From assembly GCA_031370785.1 (NCBI GenBank), contig JANMQY010000068.1:1-11700 (forward strand): DNA of 11,700 bases, given 5' to 3'. Every line of letters starts with the position of its first letter. The stretch's first letter is position 1. This document shows positions 7,387 to 11,700 of this stretch, in pieces. Origin of the DNA: Candidatus Eiseniibacteriota bacterium (lineage in GTDB: Bacteria > Eisenbacteria > RBG-16-71-46). The translations under genes and the position numbers were made by a program. Under the pieces are notes generated by a model, which saw nothing but the letters and a program-made list of their open reading frames with translations, was not told the origin of the DNA and did not search any database.

Positions 7387-8756
7387 CGCCTGGCTCCTCG
7401 CGCGCGGGCCGCGCGCTTTGCGCCCGTGCGCGCGCTCCGCCGCGTGGCGCTTCGCTTCGCCGTGGCTGCGGGCTTCGCCGCAGCCGCGCGGTTTGCCCTG
7501 CCGACGCCGTTCGCCTTGCCCGCCCGAGCCGCCTTACCACGCAGCGCGAGCGCGCGGTCGAGGATGCGCTCGGCCGCCTCGCGCTTGGTCAGCGTCGGCA
7601 GCTTCTCGAGCGCGTGCGCGCCGACCAGCGTCACGCGATTGGTCTCGCGGTCCAGGCTCTCCGCCGGCGAATTGAGCACCACCAGATCGATTCCTTTCTG
7701 CGAGAGCTTGGCCCGCGCGTGGCGCACGCCCTGCGAAGTCTCGAGCGCGAAGCCGACCAGCACCTGTCCCTTGCGCCGCGCCTTTGCGATCCGCGCCAGA
7801 ATGTCGGGGTTCTGCATCAGCTCGAGGGTCAGCGTCGGCGTCGAGCGCTTGATCTTCTCGCGGCTCGCCTTGAGCGGCCGATAGTCGGACACCGCCGCCG
7901 CCATCAGCACCAGGTCCGCGCGTTTCGCCGCCTCCAGCATCGCCTGCTCCATCTCGGCCGCGGTCCTGACCTGCACCCGCCTGACACCCTCGGGCGGCTC
8001 CACGCTCGCACTCCCCAGGACCAGCGTCACCTCGGCACCGCGATCGCGCGCCGCTTCGGCGAGCGCAAAGCCCATGCGCCCGCTCGAGCGGTTGGTGAGC
8101 ACGCGCACCGGATCGAGCGGCTCTTCGGTTCGCCCCGCGCCGACCAGCACGCGTATGCCCTTCATGCTCTCGCGGCGCGTCAGCGCCTCGACCACCGCTT
8201 CCCCGATGCGCTCGATCGCGGCAAGCCGTCCCGGCCCCGAAAGGCCCGAAGCGAGCGGCCCGCTCTCGGGCCCGACCAGCACCGCGCCGCGCGCGATCAG
8301 CGCCGCAACATTCGCCCTGGTCGCCGCCTGGCGCCACATCTCGAGGTCCATCGCGGGGCAGATCACCAGCGGCGCGCGCGAGGCCAGCGCCACCGCGGTC
8401 AGCGCATCGGGAGCCTCGCCGTGCACGAGCCGCGCCATCAGGTCGGCGGTGGCCGGCGCGATCACCACGCAATCCGCGGCCTCGGCGACGTCCACGTGCT
8501 CGACACGTCCGCCCACGCGGGATGCGGCCGGCTTCGGCAGATCAAACCCCGGGCGCTGGTCGCCCCACAGGTCGCGCACCACCGGATTGCCCGAGAGCGC
8601 CTGGAACGTGAGCGGGGTGACGAACTCGGCCGCGGCCGGCGTCATCACCACGATCACCGCCGCGCCTTCGGCCCGCAGCCAGCGCACCAGCTCGCACGCC
8701 TTGTACGCGGCGATGCCGCCCGAGACGCCCACTACTACTGTGCGGCCTCGGAGCAT
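7383..8756 (-). CDS. coaBC: Bifunctional phosphopantothenoylcysteine decarboxylase / phosphopantothenate-cysteine ligase
   Basis: GVSGGIAAYKA, MT.AA.EFV.PLTF..LSG, APATAD..AR, PAMD..MW, G.LA.G..G.GRL; CoaB motifs T.E.LDPVR.LTNRSSGRMG, AAAVSDY, NPDIL, VGFALET. Follows gmk-rpoZ as expected. Confidence 0.97.
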   Translation of the reverse strand: MLRGRTVVVGVSGGIAAYKACELVRWLRAEGAAVIVVMTPAAAEFVTPLTFQALSGNPVVRDLWGDQRPGFDLPKPAASRVGGRVEHVDVAEAADCVVIAPATADLMARLVHGEAPDALTAVALASRAPLVICPAMDLEMWRQAATRANVAALIARGAVLVGPESGPLASGLSGPGRLAAIERIGEAVVEALTRRESMKGIRVLVGAGRTEEPLDPVRVLTNRSSGRMGFALAEAARDRGAEVTLVLGSASVEPPEGVRRVQVRTAAEMEQAMLEAAKRADLVLMAAAVSDYRPLKASREKIKRSTPTLTLELMQNPDILARIAKARRKGQVLVGFALETSQGVRHARAKLSQKGIDLVVLNSPAESLDRETNRVTLVGAHALEKLPTLTKREAAERILDRALALRGKAARAGKANGVGRANRAAAAKPAATAKRSATRRSARTGAKRAARARGARR

Positions 8757-8763
8757 GGCGGAC

Positions 8764-8964
8764 CTAAGGAATGAACTCCTCGTACACGAACGGCACTTCG
8801 CGGCGGATGGTGCGCTCGAGCGCGGTCGCAGTGACCTTGCCCGGCACCGTCTGTCCGGTCTGGCGCGACCACTCGTTCAGGCGCCGCGCCTCGCGCGCCG
8901 CAATGATCGACAGCTCGTACTTGTTGCTGCCCAGCGGGGGAATCAGAGAAGCCAACTTGGTCAT
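8764..8964 (-). CDS. rpoZ: DNA-directed RNA polymerase subunit omega
   Basis: 66 aa with NKYELSIIAAREARRLN and K....AL.. omega motifs. Strong SD GAGGAGG and canonical position between gmk and coaBC. Confidence 0.9.
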   Translation of the reverse strand: MTKLASLIPPLGSNKYELSIIAAREARRLNEWSRQTGQTVPGKVTATALERTIRREVPFVYEEFIP

Positions 8965-8999
8965 GGGTGTTCCTCCTCTATATAAGGTAATGCGTCTGA

Positions 9000-9647
9000 T
9001 CAGGCTTCCGGCTTCAGGCGGTTGACCCGCGACAGCTCGGCATCGACGATGCCGGTGAGCCGGCTCAGCGCCTGGTCCAGCTCATCGTTCATCACCAGGT
9101 ACTCGTACTCGCGCCACTGCGCCAGCTCGCCCGGCGCCTTCAGCAGGCGGCGCTCCACCACTTCCGGCGAATCGGTGTTGCGTCCAAGCAGGCGGCGGCG
9201 CAGGGCTTCGAACGAGGGCGGGTAGATGAACACCGACACCGCATCGGGCCGCGCGCGCCTGACGCCCGCCCCGCCCTGCACGTCCACATCCAGCACCACC
9301 ACACGCCCGGCGCGCACCTGATCGTCCACGAACTTGACCGGCGTGCCGTAGAGCTGCCCGTGCACTTCGGCCCACTCGAGGAACAGTCCCTCCGCGCGGC
9401 GCCGCTCGAACTCCTCGCGGCTCACGAATTCGTATTGCACTCCGTCCTGCTCGTTCGAACGCCGTGGGCGCGTGGTCGATGAGATCGAGAACACGCACGA
9501 GGGCCGCACCTCGACCAGCCGGTCGACCAGCGTGCCCTTGCCCGCGCCCGAAGGCCCCGAGAGCACCAGCAGGAATCCGCTCGCGACGAACTTGAAGGGC
9601 GTCGAATCCGTCGTGCGCACGGGCAAGGGCTTGGCGTCCACGCTCAT
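9000..9647 (-). CDS. gmk: Guanylate kinase
   Basis: 3' part of ORF 9000..10655 from ATG 9647 (ATGA overlap with the yicC stop). Motifs LSGPSGAGKGT, SISSTTRPRR..E.DG..Y.F, FLEWAEVHG..YGTP, LDVDVQG, FIYPPS. Confidence 0.97.
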   Translation of the reverse strand: MSVDAKPLPVRTTDSTPFKFVASGFLLVLSGPSGAGKGTLVDRLVEVRPSCVFSISSTTRPRRSNEQDGVQYEFVSREEFERRRAEGLFLEWAEVHGQLYGTPVKFVDDQVRAGRVVVLDVDVQGGAGVRRARPDAVSVFIYPPSFEALRRRLLGRNTDSPEVVERRLLKAPGELAQWREYEYLVMNDELDQALSRLTGIVDAELSRVNRLKPEA

Positions 9648-10522
9648 TCCACGTTCTGCACCTGCTCGCGCAGGCGCTCGATCTCTTCCTTGATGACGAT
9701 CACCGCGCGCGTCACCGCGACGTCGTTGCTCTTGGAGCCGATCGTGTTCGCTTCGCGGTTCATCTCCTGCAGCAGGAAGTTCAGCTTGCGCCCCGCGAGC
9801 TCGCTGCCTTCGCTCAACTGGCGGAACTGATCGAGGTGGGCGGAGAGCCGCACGCACTCCTCGGTGCAGTCTAGGCGGTCGACCATCATCGCCACTTCCT
9901 GAGCGATCCGGACCGGGTCCATCTCGACATCGCCGAGCAGAACCTTGAGCCGGGTCATCAGCCGCTCCTTCGCCTCCTGCGGGCGAATCGGGCCACGCTC
10001 GGCCACGATGTCCAGGTGCTCGCGGATCAGCTTGAGCCGCGCCTCCAGGTCCTTCGCCAGCGTCGCGCCCTCTCGGGTCTTCATCAAGTTCATGTTGTCG
10101 CACGCCGCCAGCACCAGATCCTTGACCATCGCCCAGGTCTCTTCGTCCGAGAGCGCGGTGTGCTCCCACTGGAACACGTCGGGAAGCGAGGCCAGGGTGC
10201 GCAGATCGAGGCCGTGATCGATGTGGTAGCGGGTCTTGAGCTGCTCGAGCAGGGCCACGTAGCGGTCGGTGACGGTTTCGTTGAGCTTCAAGACCTCGCC
10301 CGAATCCCCCGCGCCGCTCCAGGTGATGGTCAGGTTGAACTTGCCGCGCGAGAAGCGCTCGACGATCAACTGGCGGATCTGGTCCTCGAACAGCCCCACC
10401 ACCTTCGGAGCCCGGATCGAGACCTCGCAGAACCGATGATTCACCGAGCGCACTTCGGCCGTCAGACGCTGCCCGTCGCGCTCGATGTCCGCGGATCCAT
10501 ACCCGGTCATGCTTCGGATCAT
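9644..10522 (-). CDS. yicC: YicC/YloC-family endoribonuclease
   Basis: MIRSMTGYG, EVRSVNHRF, RGK, D..EE.VRL.AH, GRKLNFLLQEMNREANTIGSK, EIERLREQVQNVE. SD AGGAGG at 10530-10535. Confidence 0.96.
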   Translation of the reverse strand: MIRSMTGYGSADIERDGQRLTAEVRSVNHRFCEVSIRAPKVVGLFEDQIRQLIVERFSRGKFNLTITWSGAGDSGEVLKLNETVTDRYVALLEQLKTRYHIDHGLDLRTLASLPDVFQWEHTALSDEETWAMVKDLVLAACDNMNLMKTREGATLAKDLEARLKLIREHLDIVAERGPIRPQEAKERLMTRLKVLLGDVEMDPVRIAQEVAMMVDRLDCTEECVRLSAHLDQFRQLSEGSELAGRKLNFLLQEMNREANTIGSKSNDVAVTRAVIVIKEEIERLREQVQNVE

Positions 10523-10547
10523 GCAGAGTCCTCCTGAAGGGAGGGCG

Positions 10548-10577
10548 AGGGTATGCGAGCCGGTGCTGTGGCGTCAA
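10548..10577 (-). promoter_or_regulatory. Putative sigma70-type promoter for the yicC-led operon
   Basis: Minus strand TTGACG (10577-10572), 18-nt spacer, TACCCT (10553-10548, fits TAnnnT), 25 nt upstream of the yicC ATG. Confidence 0.6.
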
Positions 10578-10700
10578 CGCAGGTGCGGCTTTGGAGCGCG
10601 GATCGCGCGGTCGCGACTGATTCGCGCGAGTGCGCGACGAGGCGCCGATGCTCAACAGGAATTCAACGCGGCGATGGGGAGAAATCGGAGAGGCGTTGCG

Positions 10701-10889
10701 GTGGAGCGACGTGAAGGCGCCGGCGAGTTGCGGACCTTCATGGAGCCAGGTGCTAGCATGTTGTGGCTGCTCTCGACTGCGATCGGCAAGTGGGGTTCAC
10801 CGGGACGCGGCATCGCGGTGCTGTGCGTGGGCGGCGCACTGATCTTTCCCGTGACGCAACTCGTGCTGCGCGCGATGGGCCGGCCGGCG
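10701..10889 (+). pseudogene. Degenerate 5' fragment of a multi-pass membrane protein gene (resembles DUF7010-type proteins)
   Basis: GTG at 10701, 7 nt after GGAGAGG. It encodes ...ASMLWLLSTAIGKWGSPGRGIAVLCVGGALIFPVTQLVLRAMGRPA (two hydrophobic helices, GG..IFP motif), then turns into Pro-rich non-protein-like sequence running antisense into the next gene (stop at 10988). Family assignment is from recollection. Confidence 0.55.
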
Positions 10890-10917
10890 CGCGAGCCGCC
10901 CGGTCCACCGCCCGCGT

Positions 10918-11700
10918 TCACCGATACATCGTCTTCAGCGCTCCCCACGTCTCGCGGTGCGCGGGTGTCGCCTGCGGGCAGATCGTGAAGAACTGATCGC
11001 CCGGCACGCTCGAGAAGTCCGTTGCAGCCGCGGGCGTCAGGCTGCACGTGCCCGGCGGGACCGGCCCCATGACCTGATTCGAAACCATCGCGTGATCCTG
11101 CCTGGACACGAACGCGCACACGCGGACGCAGCCGGTGGGATTGCCGATTGCGGCAAGCGGGATCGCCCACTCGATGCCGGTCGAGACTGCGGCCAGTGAC
11201 GGCGCGCCACAGCCATTGCCGAGGCCGAGCTGATTGCTGTCGTCGAGCGTCACCTGGATGCCGTTCGGATTGGTGCCGCCGGAGAGCACGCCCGGAGGCC
11301 CGGGCAGGGTCGTGCCGAGGTACGCACCGCTGCCGCCGCCGCCGGCCGGCAGGGCCGCGAAGTAGGCGTGCAGGTGCGACCACGGGGCCTTCGCATTGCT
11401 CCCACCGAAGCTCAGCCAGTAGTCGGCTGCGAAGCCGCTGTCGAACGTGAGCCCCGCCTCTTTGCTCAGGTCGTAGGCGTACGGCTCGATCGTGGGGTTG
11501 TTGGCGAGCAACTGGTGCTGCCCGCCCGGCGCACAGTCGATGAACACATCGAGCGGCAGCCACTGGGTGAAGCCGCCCTCGAACTGGACCCAGAACGTCA
11601 GGTTCCCCGTGAAGAAGAGGTAGAGCGTCTCGTTCGACATGAAGCCGTAGGCCGCGTAGAGCTGCGAACCACTGCAGGTATTCACCTGCGCATACGGATC
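10918..11700 (-). CDS. Putative exported beta-rich protein, 3' part, ending in a TWGxxKxxYR tail (5' end beyond the right edge)
   Basis: The frame is open from 11700 (DPYAQVNTCSGSQLYAAYG...) to TGA at 10918. Gly/Pro/aromatic-rich with several Cys; motifs LYLFFTGNL, VFID..PGGQ, GLTFDSGF.ADYW, TGIEWAIPL; C-terminus ATPAHRETWGALKTMYR. Confidence 0.8.
   Translation of the reverse strand, partial: DPYAQVNTCSGSQLYAAYGFMSNETLYLFFTGNLTFWVQFEGGFTQWLPLDVFIDCAPGGQHQLLANNPTIEPYAYDLSKEAGLTFDSGFAADYWLSFGGSNAKAPWSHLHAYFAALPAGGGGSGAYLGTTLPGPPGVLSGGTNPNGIQVTLDDSNQLGLGNGCGAPSLAAVSTGIEWAIPLAAIGNPTGCVRVCAFVSRQDHAMVSNQVMGPVPPGTCSLTPAAATDFSSVPGDQFFTICPQATPAHRETWGALKTMYR

Noticed and set aside
88..8985. Long plus-strand ORFs (e.g. 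88..1086, 683..2539, 3523..4269, 4467..6059, 6280..7884, 7101..8774, 8074..8985)
   Set aside because: They lie antisense to well-supported genes, have Arg/Ala/His-rich composition without family motifs, and are the shadow frames expected in high-GC coding DNA.
9648..10655. Apparent 551-aa fusion protein ending in guanylate kinase
   Set aside because: The upstream part is an off-frame read through yicC. Gmk starts at ATG 9647, overlapping the yicC stop.
10578..10700. tRNA/ncRNA or small ORF (10630..10842) in the gap upstream of yicC
   Set aside because: No cloverleaf or T-loop motif; only a 6-bp GC stem (10622-10637) expected by chance, and the small ORF has no protein-like features.
1..11700. 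CRISPR array, IS element, integrase or defence system
   Set aside because: No regularly spaced repeats, terminal inverted repeats or transposase/integrase/Cas motifs were seen, and nearly all bases are accounted for by housekeeping genes.

Overview
GC-rich bacterial housekeeping window (roughly 68-70% GC by eye). It is almost entirely one tightly packed minus-strand gene run, in transcription order: yicC-gmk-rpoZ-coaBC-family 4 uracil-DNA glycosylase-dnaB-mlaE-mlaF-mlaD(MCE)-radA-[internally shortened YbaK/EbsC-type deacylase]-ispD-ispF (partial). There is a plausible sigma70 promoter upstream of yicC and five 4-nt stop/start overlaps. At the right end are a decayed plus-strand membrane-protein gene fragment and the 3' part of a probable exported protein ending in a TWGxxKxxYR tail. 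That tail, the CoaBC motif variants and the gene order suggest an FCB-group organism such as Ca. Eisenbacteria (inference from recollection, not a search). I saw no RNA genes, CRISPR arrays or mobile elements, and no clearly new multi-gene system. The best leads are the TWG C-terminal putative sorting signal, the shrunken but still translationally coupled YbaK ORF, a UDG missing one Fe-S cysteine, a CoaBC with Cys->Ser/Asn->Asp active-site changes plus a very basic tail, and a structured dnaB leader.
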